Assembly: GCA_000934665.2 (NCBI GenBank)
Contig: KZ538292.1
Location: 1 to 64,000, forward strand
From: Catajapyx aquilonaris
Lineage: Eukaryota
Length of the DNA stretch: 64,000 nt
Direction: 5' to 3'
In this document: in pieces, positions 38,330 to 50,733 of the stretch
Layout of the letters: each line of letters begins with the position of its first letter
How positions within the stretch are numbered: the stretch's first letter is position 1
Position numbers and translations under genes: made by a program
Notes under the pieces: generated by a model
What the model was told of the DNA's origin: nothing
Database searches by the model: none
Seen by the model: only the letters and a program-made list of their open reading frames with translations

Positions 38330-41300
38330 CAGGAACAATTACTGCTTGAGTTTTACTTATTTTAAGCTTTAAAAACATCAAAAATTTCTCAAATTTCGGG
38401 ATATTTCAGAGCAATCAGAGACTTGCTAAATCACAACCCAAGTGCTCCAAAAAAATCGCCGTTTTTTGTCGCCATCAAAGTGTTTCCTGGGACAAATGTC
38501 ACGTTTAGAGCTGTATTCAACAGCCCCCGTGGCTTTTCGCCAAAAAAGCTTGCAAAAAATAGGGAGAGTAGAGCGGATCCAATTTGCAATTTGGCCAACG
38601 GCTATGGGGGATGTGGGACGTACGGTTTTTTTAGGGAAGGGAAGGCCTGGTCAATCGTTCATCTAAGAAACCGCGGCCAGTTCGTGCTAGCTTCTCAGAT
38701 AAAAAAGAAAAGGAGGCAAGAAAAGGAGAAAGACGGGAAAGGGGGGGGGGGGGGCAGCAGCTGTCCCTTTTCGTTCCAACCCTAGATAACATCGGCTTTA
38801 CCTCTTTTAATCGGGGATTGCGGACCACTCCAAATGACCTCCCTGGCAGAGAATCCGCAATTTGTCCCCAACCAAAAGCGCTCTATCGCGTAATCTTGCC
38901 AGCGGAGCGACTTCTGCGCAAGTTGTTTACGCGCAGCTACGTCACACCTGGCGCAGTAAATAGCTGTTATTCTGCTGGTGGTATATCAGTTGTTCTTGAG
39001 CGATCTAGCAGAACTGATGAACTGGACTATATTGATGATGCAATACATCCCGCAGACATGAGGTTTAACTCTCCGGCCGATATGTACATTTTTCAACAAA
39101 AAAAAGAGTTACATTCCCTCATGTGGAACCGGGCATGGGGGCAATCAATCATCTCGCTTTTCTGCCACTCGTCCCGATTAATATCAATGCAGTTTAGTCC
39201 TAATCCGGTTAATCCGACCGGTCTTATTCATCATCGCTACGGAGTGAAAATGCAGTTGCAGTTCGGATTGCCATTAGATATGCATTATTCTAGGGATTCC
39301 TGAAAAAAAAAAACCCTCGATTAGTCGATACGTGGATATATTTTTTCGGCCGTTGGGCGCATGGGGGGGGGGGAGGCAGAATTTCGCATATTTTTTCAAC
39401 AAAAGGATGCCAGCCATTTGTTGGGGAGAAATAAAAACTATTCGAAATTCGGACGCTCTTTAGAATTCGGGTCAGCAGGTACATGCCCTTAGGATCAAAA
39501 TGAAATATTTACAGCAGAGAATTCCACATTTACAGAACTGTACTCCACAATGTACTTCCACAATGTGTACTGAACTGCATGAAGGAAAAAAATAAGCGTG
39601 GAAATTCATGCAAGATAAACCATTTTGGGGAGAAAAATTAGCCCACCGTTCATATAATTATTGTCCAGCATGTCTGCGTAAGACATGGTTTAAAAAGTCA
39701 TAAGTCACATTGTTCGTCCAAAGATCAGATAAAAATTCAGCATGCTTTTTAAATCCAAAATATCTACTGTACTTACAGCGTGTTTCATAAAATAGCTCAT
39801 ACCCAAAGCGGTAAAAATTATGTCTGCTAAATGTTTGGTCTATGATGGTATTTGCCAAAAAAAAATCGGTTTATATTCACCTTCGAACAAGGATATTACC
39901 AAACAAACGAACTCACCGAGCATATTCTACCCCAAAAAATCTGCCATTTTCCGCCATTGTGTAAGTTTTTCCGATGCATTCCACCATTACACTACAGCAA
40001 TTCCACCCAAAAAATTACTCAACCAGCACCTGCAATTGAAACCAATTTGCAAGCTGATACCGTGCCAAAAACACCGCTCCTCTCACAGGAAACCTCCCTT
40101 GAATTTTACACTCTTCCAAGGAGCCGGAAAAAAAACAAGGAGCAGCAAACGGTGCACTAGACTCGAGGTAATTGTTTTCCTTCGCATTCCTTATACCCTT
40201 CCTGTGATCGCCAAAGTTTGCTAAAAATCCGGGCATTTGAACCGCACAACTGCTGAGCTGGGACGGCTTCTCCGGAGACAAGAGAAGCCTTACCCCCTTT
40301 TTGCTTTTTCCATAAACCCCCCCACCCTTATCTAGGAGGCAGCAGGGCGCAATTAGAAAGAACCATCGCAGCCTAATAAGACAAGGGGCCTCTGACTCTC
40401 CAAGTTTATTCCTTGTGTCCCTGGGCTCCAGTAACAAGGACGAGAATTACAAATGCAGGAATAAAGGCAGCTCCCCCCCCNCCCCCCCCCCCCCCTCAAC
40501 TACTTCTCCCCCATCGCCATTGAGCTCTCTGAATTAAAGCTTGGGTGGTTGGGATCCAAAATGGAAAAGTTTATCCGAGGGGGTTGTCGCATAGGGTTTG
40601 GTCTGGCCAGATTATTTCCTATGGAAGCTGTTTTTCTGGAATAAATAGTTAAGGAAATTGTCACATTTTTGTGCCAGATTGTACCCAAAAACTTACATGA
40701 ACCTACGCCGATTGATACACCGTTAATGCAACACAACTCCTCTCATACTTAGCTGGCCAAACATGAAATGGGCCGCGGTACATCATCTCGCCAAGCATAC
40801 ATAACGAGTGTTAATTTGCATTAATGTGCCCTAATGGCCCAACCCGTTGTATTTTTTTAACTCTTAAAATTTTTAACAACAGGTCACAAGCATAAGGTCG
40901 CATTATCACTGTTGGCGAATAAAAAATTGCGACCTTTCTCCCCTTAAAAGTTTTACGACACTGCTTGCCAAAGGAACGCAGCTGCACGCAAGACATTGAA
41001 ATGGCTCGAAAATTGGATCGTACAACAAACCCTTCGTAACAGCCCCCCCTTTCCAACCCTCCGGACTATTCAAGCCTAACTCAATCTCGAGGATTTCCAA
41101 ACTATCCTCGTTATCTTCTCTACCTGGGATTGTTTCCCATTCGATCACCCATTTTCCTCCTCCCCCAGTCCCCCACCCTTCTGCTTCTGGTCCACAACTT
41201 TCCAGATGAGGCGTTACGATTCATCTCATGCACTTCATCTAGAACTCGTCACCAGTGTTTAATCGGATTTTATTCCCGCTTCATATCCCTACGATCAATT

Positions 41301-44300
41301 ACGAGATTGGCCATGTCTAGGGACAACCCTTGCCACCCCTTCGCCTCTTTTTTTTTTTAAAAAAAGGGGTGACAGTTACCACCTAGTCAATTTCTATGGG
41401 GTAGTAAAATTGCATTAAATTCATTTTTACGCTACCCCGTGATAGGCCCGTTCAGGGGGGTGGAATACCACCATCTTTCAATTTTTCTGTACGGTAATTT
41501 CTCTTCTGACGTTCTTAATTAATTATTAACATGGGTAATATCTTTGGATGAGCAGTTTCGTTTCCTTTTAAATTAGAGTTCCCCCCCAGATGTTGTTCAA
41601 CAGACAATGGTTTTCATACGGTCGTGTCCTGTCCGAGCCGCGCAATTAGACGCAGGAAACAGCTACCCCCCTTTGCTAGTATGGCCGCGATAACTGTTCC
41701 ATACATTAGGACCGAATGGGCCCCCACTTGCTGCTGGAATTGCAAGGAGAGAAGGTGGGGGGAAAAAGACCTTCAAAGATGTTTCATCCTGACCTGGTAG
41801 CCAACCCAACAGCCTCTTTTGTACGACCAGGTGGCGTGCAAGTCAGGGGTAAAAAGCGGCTGGAAAAACATCCGGAACACCCTGTACAGTACGTTCGCCC
41901 CGACACCACACGCTGCCCGAGGGCCGGTCCTAATAAAACGGACGCCAATATTGGCTGCACCCCACATTCCGGACCCGGTATCCGAATCATCTCGAAAGGT
42001 CTTTTGTGACCATGACAAAGGCCATCTTTTGGGGGGTGGGAAGGAGAAGGTTGGGCAGGATATCAATCAAGAGTTTTTTTCCCCACTCTTTTTTCCTTCA
42101 AGGCAAGTATTGACTTTTTCGGTAGCGGTGTACATGTTATTAATCGTCTGAACCCCCCCCCCCCCTCCGGAAAAAAATTATGTAGGGTAACATTGCACCG
42201 TGTTATTAAAGATCATGGCGCTGTCACGATTTCGAAACGCGATATCGTCATGATAGCCGTTAATGACCGACCAAACCGTAATCCATACACCTGCCCGCAT
42301 TGCAACAACTACACAAAAAAAAAGCTAGGTTCAAACGTTTTTTTTTCTGTCTCTTTCCTGCGGGGAATTCAAAACATACCGTTCGACTACTTTTTGAGCG
42401 CTTTTTGCATTACAGCGATCGAATTACTAGAGTCCTGTCGCTCGGCTATCGTTTCCATTACACGCCTAAAATCACTGCTGATTGCTGATTGCAACTAGCG
42501 GCAGGAAAATTATTTTCACAAAAAATTTATCAGCCGTGATGCTGCTGCCCCCCCCNCCCCCCCCAAAAAAATTGCTAAGTAAAGCCATACAGGCCCGTAT
42601 TGGGCATCAGGTAAATTTTTGACTAGAGCACTATCTGCCCTTTCAGGGTTTCAGATCAAATATTTTCTTCGGTTCTAATTAAAATGCCTCCGAAGCTCCG
42701 TTAATTATTTTAATGAAACTCTAATTAAATTTTGATTACAAATAGTTTCACAGCTCATGCACTGCGCACATTGCACTGCAGCTCAGCTTGCACAGTGAAC
42801 AGTCACATAAATTCAATCCAAAATCTGCTGTTTGTCCACAGTGAGTCATCTGAGAGTGCCATCTATGCGAAGGATCTGGTACTACGTGAACAGTGTTGCC
42901 AGGTTTTGCACTATTTTGCCCATCAGCTTCTGCAAGAGTCAATTTGCATCACCTAGATTATGACCCTGGACAAATCTGGCACAATTTGGACTCCACACAT
43001 CTCTCCCTTGAACTCTATCATCCCCCCCCCCTCTCTATTTTTTCCCCCTACGTTCCAATTTCCATCCCATTTTCCTCCAGCTTCCTTCCACCCCCCCCTC
43101 ACATCCCCTGATGAGATAACCCAATACCCTGAGAGCATGCAGGGGAACGAGAAAGAAGAAGGGGGGGGGGGGGGGGGAAAAGATGGTAGCAGGGGTCTTG
43201 GCGGTCACAGGACACCACCTGACTCCCNACGAATTCGGCTTCTTCTTCCCATCCCCCCCCCCCAACACCTGATCCTTCCTCCCACATCCCCCCCCCCAAA
43301 CCCATGGCTGGAGAACAAGGATAGAACTATAGAGTCCAGGATGACTTTCTAGGGGAGGAAGAGGGGAGAAGGTGACAAGGGACGAACGGTTTCGAGTTGA
43401 TTGCAAAGCTTTACCGAGGTAGAAGGAGACTGAAATCTTGCGCAGACTTGGACCGGGATGAAATCCACTTTGCAATGGCGTTCCCAAGTGAAAATGGAGG
43501 AGCAGGGAAATGCCAGTGTGTCCCTAGAGGCACCTGCGACAGTTTTACAAGAGTGTGGAGCATCTCCCCCCATCACTTCACTTCTCTACCAAAAAGAAGA
43601 AAAAAAAGGAGGATCTTGGGTCTGGCACGTTTAACCAACCGTATATTCCTCCCCCGGTGGGCTGGGAAAAAAGATGCAGTGTGGAGTCACCTCCGATAGA
43701 GCGCGCCCTAGATCCAAAATGAAAATGGCGGAGGTCTGATGGGCAGGGTTGCCATTTTATATTGCCCCTGTTGGTTTCAATTCAAATATTGCCCAGTCGA
43801 GGTAGCATAATTAATTATATACAGTAGAATTGAGTCTGTGCCTCTGTTTTTCCAGGATGAGTCATCAGCTACAGTACCCCCATCATAACTTCTCAAAAAA
43901 GGGGTGAGGCGACCTCTCCCCCTCCATTCCCCACCGGACACCCTAAGCGATCTGATTCGTGGAGCAGATGGTGTGAGGCCTCTGCTCCACCAATCCGATC
44001 GGAGGGTACAGTGGGGTACAAAAGAAATGCTATTTTGAAACCCTACAGCTGAACCACAGAGGACATGCCTTTTTTTGTGAGAAGTTAGGATGTGGGACCT
44101 ATAAATGCAGTAGTGTGCAAAGCAGGAGCGCCATCTATGGGAGATGTACAAACTCCAGAAAATATTTTTCGGATGGAAAAGAGCCGAAAAATGGTATTGT
44201 TTACTCCAATTAGTGGCGAAATGTTTTCTGAAGTTGGAGCAACCGGCCCTATATTGCTGAACTGTTTTCCACACGACACCACACCGCCTGAAAATTAATC

Positions 44301-47300
44301 CCAGTCGGCCATCACAATGCTCAATGGGCGCAGCCATGTTGGTTATTGCTCGCAACGCTCCCACTTCTCTCAAGCTTCCCTCAGTAATTAGTCGAAAAGC
44401 CGTTGTCAACTTAATTATTCCTTCGTTTCCGGTCTCCAAGCCTTGCCTTTGAGCGACATGAGTGACAATGCAACGCTTCTGTGTGCAGCACACACGCGTA
44501 ATTAAATTTTAATCACGTTAAAATCCTACGCCATTGCGCCACTGGAATGTTCCCTTCTTACTCCCTCTTTCTTCTTCTCTTTTCCGTAGAAGGGTGGTAA
44601 GGTATATATAGATAGTGAGAGAGAGAGAGAGAGAGCCCGGAAAAAGCAGTTTGAGAGATGGATTGCCCCTGGGCCAAATCCACACTAGGATTCCTCTTGC
44701 AACGAAATGGTTGTTCGGCCTCCGGATTACAAAACTTTCGGCTTCCGGACAGGGAAAGGCGTTGATCTTGTATCTGCTGTACTGCTCAAGCGTGACGGAG
44801 GACGGACCACTTTTTCTTTCTGCTGATGGAAGGTGAATTTCGGACAAGAAGAGATGTGGAAGAATTTCATGAAACTACAGCCATCTGCGTCTCCACTGCG
44901 ATCAGTATTTGCCCTTTGTTATTTTATGGAAAATATAACGCCCCTGTGTGAAAAGGAAATTACAAATATTCCACGACTTTAAATAAGTGGTGAAAAATTC
45001 AATTTTTCTTAACATTGACCAACCTTAGACGTCCAAAAGATGGCGAAAAACCACGCTAAAAATGGTCCTATTTTTGAAGAGCTCAGACCAAAAAAAGGCG
45101 CAGTGTTTTTAATCTTTTCGACAGGCGGATCATTTTTAATCCGTTTCCCTGGCGACCAATATGGAGTCGGTCGGATTATCAGAGGGATCAGGGGGACAAA
45201 AACCGGTGTCACAAGACATGCCGCTAATTAATAATCCATTAATTTCAGCATGGGCTGGTGAAGGAATCGATCATATTGTTAATACGTTCCCTGCATTATT
45301 GTATAGAAATATTTGGCCATTCATGCAGGCTTTGCAATAGCATTTCATGTATAGCATTTTGGTAGCCAAGTTCAAAATTCACCTCGCCAAAAAATGTCAT
45401 CTGTTTTCTAAACCTGGCCATCTAACCTTTTCTTATTTTTTCCCAGAGAAAATCCTCCTTACCTATCCCATTCCTCTCGGATGAGAATTTGGAGGGGAAA
45501 GGGACAGTCCCTGGACCAACTTAACTTGTGCAACACGAAAACAAGAGCCAGCTGCCCTGTCCTCTCAGGGTCCCCATACATCTTGAGGTGGCCGCAACTT
45601 CCTTGAACCCTATTACGTCCGTACATTTTTTTCTCTCTCTCTCCCTCCCTCCTTCCCCGCCTTCCCCCTTCCTTCCTCCTTGCCTCCGACAGACTTTTAC
45701 AGCCTATTAGGCTTGACCACAGCTGCGGTTTCGAGGTGCTTTCCTCTGCTCCCAAAGGCGCATTTCCTGCTGGCCCTTTTCCGCACGCCGAATGCCATTT
45801 CCTCAACCGGACCTCCCTATATACCTGCCTCCCAGCTAAAACATGGCTCCGGTTTAGACATGCTATCCGGGGTCCGGTTTCCGTGAGTGTCGACTGCAGT
45901 TGCGATTTTACATCTTAAGAAATCTGCACCACTTCAGCATCAACATCAAACATGTTTGATCCCACCTCATGATGTCAAAGCTCTAATTGTTTTTAAAAAG
46001 TGAAAAATTCAACCATTTCAATAGGCCTACTGGTACTATTAACGATCCTAACATCTATGTTGGGGAAACCCCGCCATCGCGTGCCTCATGGTGCGCCATC
46101 TATCTTGAGCGTCCTAAACTCGACCTGACACTATCGCGTCCTCGCCCACAGGCTGTCCCCTTGCATCTTTCATTGCCCTGGCAGCACAATAGGCCGCCTC
46201 CTTTTCATCAGGCCCATCCAAGCACATTGATATTTGACGACTAATAACCGCAATGATTATGGGGAGTATCCAGGCCCTCCTAAAGACCTCACAAAAGGGA
46301 ACCCCGAGACTTGACAGCCAATAAAACCTATGTCGCCCAGTTATGACCGTTTCATTTTATGACCTCCTAGACTCCCAGAAAGCTTCCCCCTTCCCCCCAA
46401 AAAATAAAATAATATAGCCAAGCTTCAACCGTGTCAAGCTCTCTTTTACGGTCTCCATTATTGCTACCCAGGAATATTATTGAACCCCGAGTGTAGCCTA
46501 GGTGTAGAACCGGGTCGGTGTCTCCAAGGAGCGCACAAAGCGACATGCATTTCTCAGGCTAATTGTCGTCCCCAGTGTCCCGGGGTACTTTATGCGGCCT
46601 TAATTATCATGACAATGGTGCGTCAGAGTGTGTGGTATATAAACAGGGCTCTTTCCAGCGGCAGGACCCGGGCAAGTAATTCAGGCGAGCCTTGCCCTGA
46701 AACCAAGTTCCATTAAGGGCAAGCCAGCACGAGCGGAAGGTAAGAAAAGGAGAGGGTAATGCGAGAGGCCCCTGGAGAAGAAGAAGATGGGGGAAAAAAA
46801 GGGTTTCGCCGAAGAACAACAGGAAGCGCGACGGGGATAATTCAACAGAGGACATTGGTTCTCCTAACAGCCGGAGCGCCCTTTTTCTTAAAACTTCAAA
46901 GAGGTTCGGGGTCCTATTTTTTTCAGGGGAAGAGCTGTGTGTTCTTTGAGAGGAGAATAGGAATTGGGGCAGTTGCTTTCACAGAGGATCCTTCCCCGGA
47001 TCTCATGAGACGTTCAATTTCTTTTCTTAAGGTGCATCGAGTAGTTACGTCGTAATGAGATATGTGGGGAGGTATGCCACAAAAGAGCAGCACCGAAAAT
47101 GGGGCTTGCAGTGGCAGGGTTATTCACATGAACTAACGGTAATGGAAGCCAGATGGTGTTCATGGCTCGTGTGAATGATCATGTTCGAGGGTCGAAGAAC
47201 TAGTGGTCATTATCTGCACACACTAGCTGTCTACTTGTGGGTTGACTGGGTACATAAACAACAATCGAGACCCACATTCGACTCTTGTCCTATCCCAAAA

Positions 47301-49065
47301 ATGGGTTGTCTCACTTTTAGTTACATATTTTTTTCATATTTCAACTATGTAGAAGGAAATTATTCAGAGAGCAAAGATCCCATCAATACAGTTAGCACCC
47401 CCTATTGAAGACCCTGTCCGCAATCTCCCCACATTTGTAAAACACCGGTGCCAAAAGACGGATAGGCCCAGGCCCTTTTGATTAAGTTGGGTCCCGGACC
47501 CATCAAAATTAGTTTTCCCTTCACCCACCCACCCACCCTGCAACCTAACAATGAGACTGTGTCTGCCTGAGACCGCGTGGAAGGAACACCAATGCCCCAC
47601 TCTGTATTCCGCAGCCTGCGTTAATTCATTATGAGAAACGTTCAGAAGGGCCCTAAATCATTTTCAACCCAAGGTTTTGAAATAAATGCAAGCCCTTCTC
47701 CCCTCCACCTCCCTACCCCTACCCTCACCCTCCAATTCCTTTAATTTTAAGCAGCGAATGGAAAAGGGATGCTTTTCAACCCCTACAATGACGCCCAACA
47801 CAACCATTTGTCAAAACGTCTCTCAAGAGCCTTCCCCAAATTTCGGGTCCCCCAATTATAAGCATAACGAAGTTTGGATTTGTCAAGTGGGCCTTTCCAA
47901 TCGATTGTTGGGAGGCCGCATTGTGCAAAACCGTGTGCACGCATACCAGACACCAACAGCAATTAACCCGTCGCTACTCAGGTGGCGTCCTTAAGTTTCT
48001 CGACTTCCAATCAAAAAGTTTGGTCAATTAAGCCACATTTGAGATATTAACAAATTTAAACAATATTTCCCCCCAAAAAATGAATAACCATGGGGTCATA
48101 AAGCGGGTTCAACCCAGTTCGCATATGTTCCCAACAAATGACCCACACATTCCGATGCGGAACTTCCGGAGAGCGTGTGTCCGGATGTGCGTGTATCCTA
48201 CCTCAAGGCGCCAGTTTTGAAAAGCGGTCGTTCATCATTCCCTGATCAATACGTGTGAAGCCCAGCTGACCCACTCTCGACTCGACTTTTATGATGTGAC
48301 CAGCCCTTTCCTCTCATAATGGTTCTCTTTTTTTCCTCCCTGAACGTTGTTGGGTGGGGGTATAGGGAGAGACCCTGCTTACTCTTCTACAATATCAGTT
48401 ACTGTTGGCAAGCCCGAGTGGCAGCTGTTGGGAAGGGTGGAGTAAAAAAAATCTGGGCTTGGGTTTCCCGCAAAGAAGGCTTTCCCCTGCTGTTGGCAGT
48501 GAAGAATGGCCTGACATGGGGTGCAACTAACTACTGGCAAAAGTTAACCCCACGCCCCACCATAGAATCTCAGGGAAACAAATGGGAGAAAATTTACACT
48601 CTCACCTTAAAATATTCACTGTATACATGCGTTATGAAACAGCACAACATCCTCTGGTGGCAATCTCCTGATCCTACTGGTGACAGCTTACTCTGGGCCA
48701 TTAAAACCGAATGTGTCCGTCAACCCCCACATTTCTATATTAATCTAACGCTTTAAGAGCCTGGTTTTAAGAATTCACTTGTTGCCGCCTCATCGGAGCG
48801 CGCCTAAAAGTCGAAACGAGCGCATTAATGGCGGCCATTACACCCACCCGGATGAAGCGTCCATCCGGGGTAGTTTGAGCCCACCGTCAGATAGCGCCCC
48901 CATCGAGTAAACAGGGACTCCTTTTCCCTCAGTCCCGGGCATTTATGTTCATGAGGGCGGTGGGGGGGAACATGCAAATGGCGTCCCCCCAATCAGGAAA
49001 GTTGCTGCGCCCACGTCCACACCGTTTTTCATTACGAGCTTCCAGCCATCGCCTGCTAACTCCAG

Positions 49066-49103
49066 GTACTCACCTGGAAAGAGAAAGAGAGGGGGTAATT
49101 AAC
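49066..49103 (-). other. Candidate recursive splice site (ratchet point), AG|GT junction at 49074/49073
   Basis: The minus strand reads tgttaattaccccctctctttctctttccag|gtgagtac: a branch-point-like TTAAT, a 20-nt pyrimidine tract, CAG, then consensus GTGAGT immediately after. Confidence 0.65.
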
Positions 49104-50642
49104 ATCAAGGGACTCACTTCTTTTTTTCACACACTTACGCTCTATACCCCACATTGTCGAGCCGCACTTACCACTCACAATATTTAGACACATAAAGTCT
49201 CCCTTTAAAAACTGACACGATCAATCAATCACCCCGAAAAATCCGGGTCAATCCCCCAACCCATGAGCATCCCCGTGGTTATAAATGCTCGTCAGGACAC
49301 CAATTTTTTTCCCCCATGGCAAATTTGTAATTGCAGTTGACGCTTGTACTATGCATTCTATTGGCATTCCTGGCGAGACAGTTATTGGGCAAACATGGTG
49401 GGTCGTTTTTTATGCCATCCAGCCCAGAGGTTCCCGTCAGTGCGAATTTGATTCCCCGGGACTTGACGCGGCAGTTGTCTTGCAATATCTGCTAATGGCT
49501 CATAAAATATGACCGCCACTACAAATGTTGGGTCGCATTATCGGGGCTATGCTCATCGGACAGATTCGCACTCATGTGGGTGGGTGTGTGTGTGCTAGAG
49601 GGGGGGGGGAGCCTTTTTGAAATGTGGAGGTTTGGTAACTGGACATATACAGTGTGGATAGATTTTTCGGATGGGCATCAATATTTTAAAATTTGTAAAT
49701 GCTTCATGTCCAACAATTTTATACAAATAGAATTTTTCAGGCCTCTCAATTTGGAATGTTGAACAACATATTATTTAATGTTGCGTAATTTCAATTTTCA
49801 AAAATTGATTTATTTTGAAAATAACAAAAGAATGACAAGAGCTATTTTGATATTTGGCTACTTGTATATAATCAGGTTGCATTCAGTGCAAATCAGCCCT
49901 AATGCTGGCTGTTGTTACAGAAAGGTTATGACCTGGTTGTGACCAAAAAAACAGGTACATTTATAGCTCTCTGCGTATGTGCTAAATGTCTGTTTCTACG
50001 CCTATTCTTGTAATTTTTCATAGTAACGGCTCCCAAGCACACTCGGTAACACAGGGTGGTTCACTCCCTATACCTTTGCAGGTCAACATGGGTATGTAGA
50101 ACGCTGCAGACTGTTCGCCCTTGCAATCACAACCCATTGAAAGCAACTTATGCGTCCCTAATCAGGTTGCTGGAGTCAACAATCAGCAATTTCCTCTCCT
50201 TGAACTGTGTAATTGGGTCAGTGCACCACCCTGTACGAGCCACATGAACACGAACCGTTTTCAAAACTGTCTCCTGACATGAACTCTACCCCCCTCCCCC
50301 CTTCTCCTCCCTCCACCTCCCTGTCATTACAAAAATGGGAAACTCTCGCCCGTATTTTCGGCGTTGACAATACACAAAAAAGCAGCATGTCAACCGGTTC
50401 GTGCCTCCAGTCCATTTTCTGACCCACCTCCAGGTCACAACACAATAACCGAGGGGTCATTCACTCTAATTTTACGTCTACAGGGACTATCCCCAGGTAA
50501 GTACACCTGGAGCAATTTCGGGAGAGAAATACTCCGGAGCAAATTGTTCACCTACCACACACCCGATCGAGAGTGGAGATAAATCACTCTGGTAGCTACA
50601 CTCCCATTGTTGAATGTGGCGCCAACAGTGGACGCCAAGAGA

Positions 50643-50733
50643 ACTACAGTCTGTTATACCAAAGAACGATATGACGTCAGCCAAATTTTCTGAGCATGTG
50701 CAGTAGCATGCTTGCAGAGCTATTCGGGGACAT
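50643..50733 (+). repeat. Dispersed repeat, copy 2 (copy 1 at 33771-33866)
   Basis: See copy 1. This copy is followed by tgcgccatctacgtg at ~50750. Confidence 0.85.

Noticed and set aside
42600..42642. miR-279-like seed TGACTAGA in a small stem
   Set aside because: Only the seed matches, and the hairpin is too short for a pre-miRNA.
43777..44493. Longest ORF (238 aa, minus strand)
   Set aside because: No recognisable domain and a composition typical of translated non-coding DNA.
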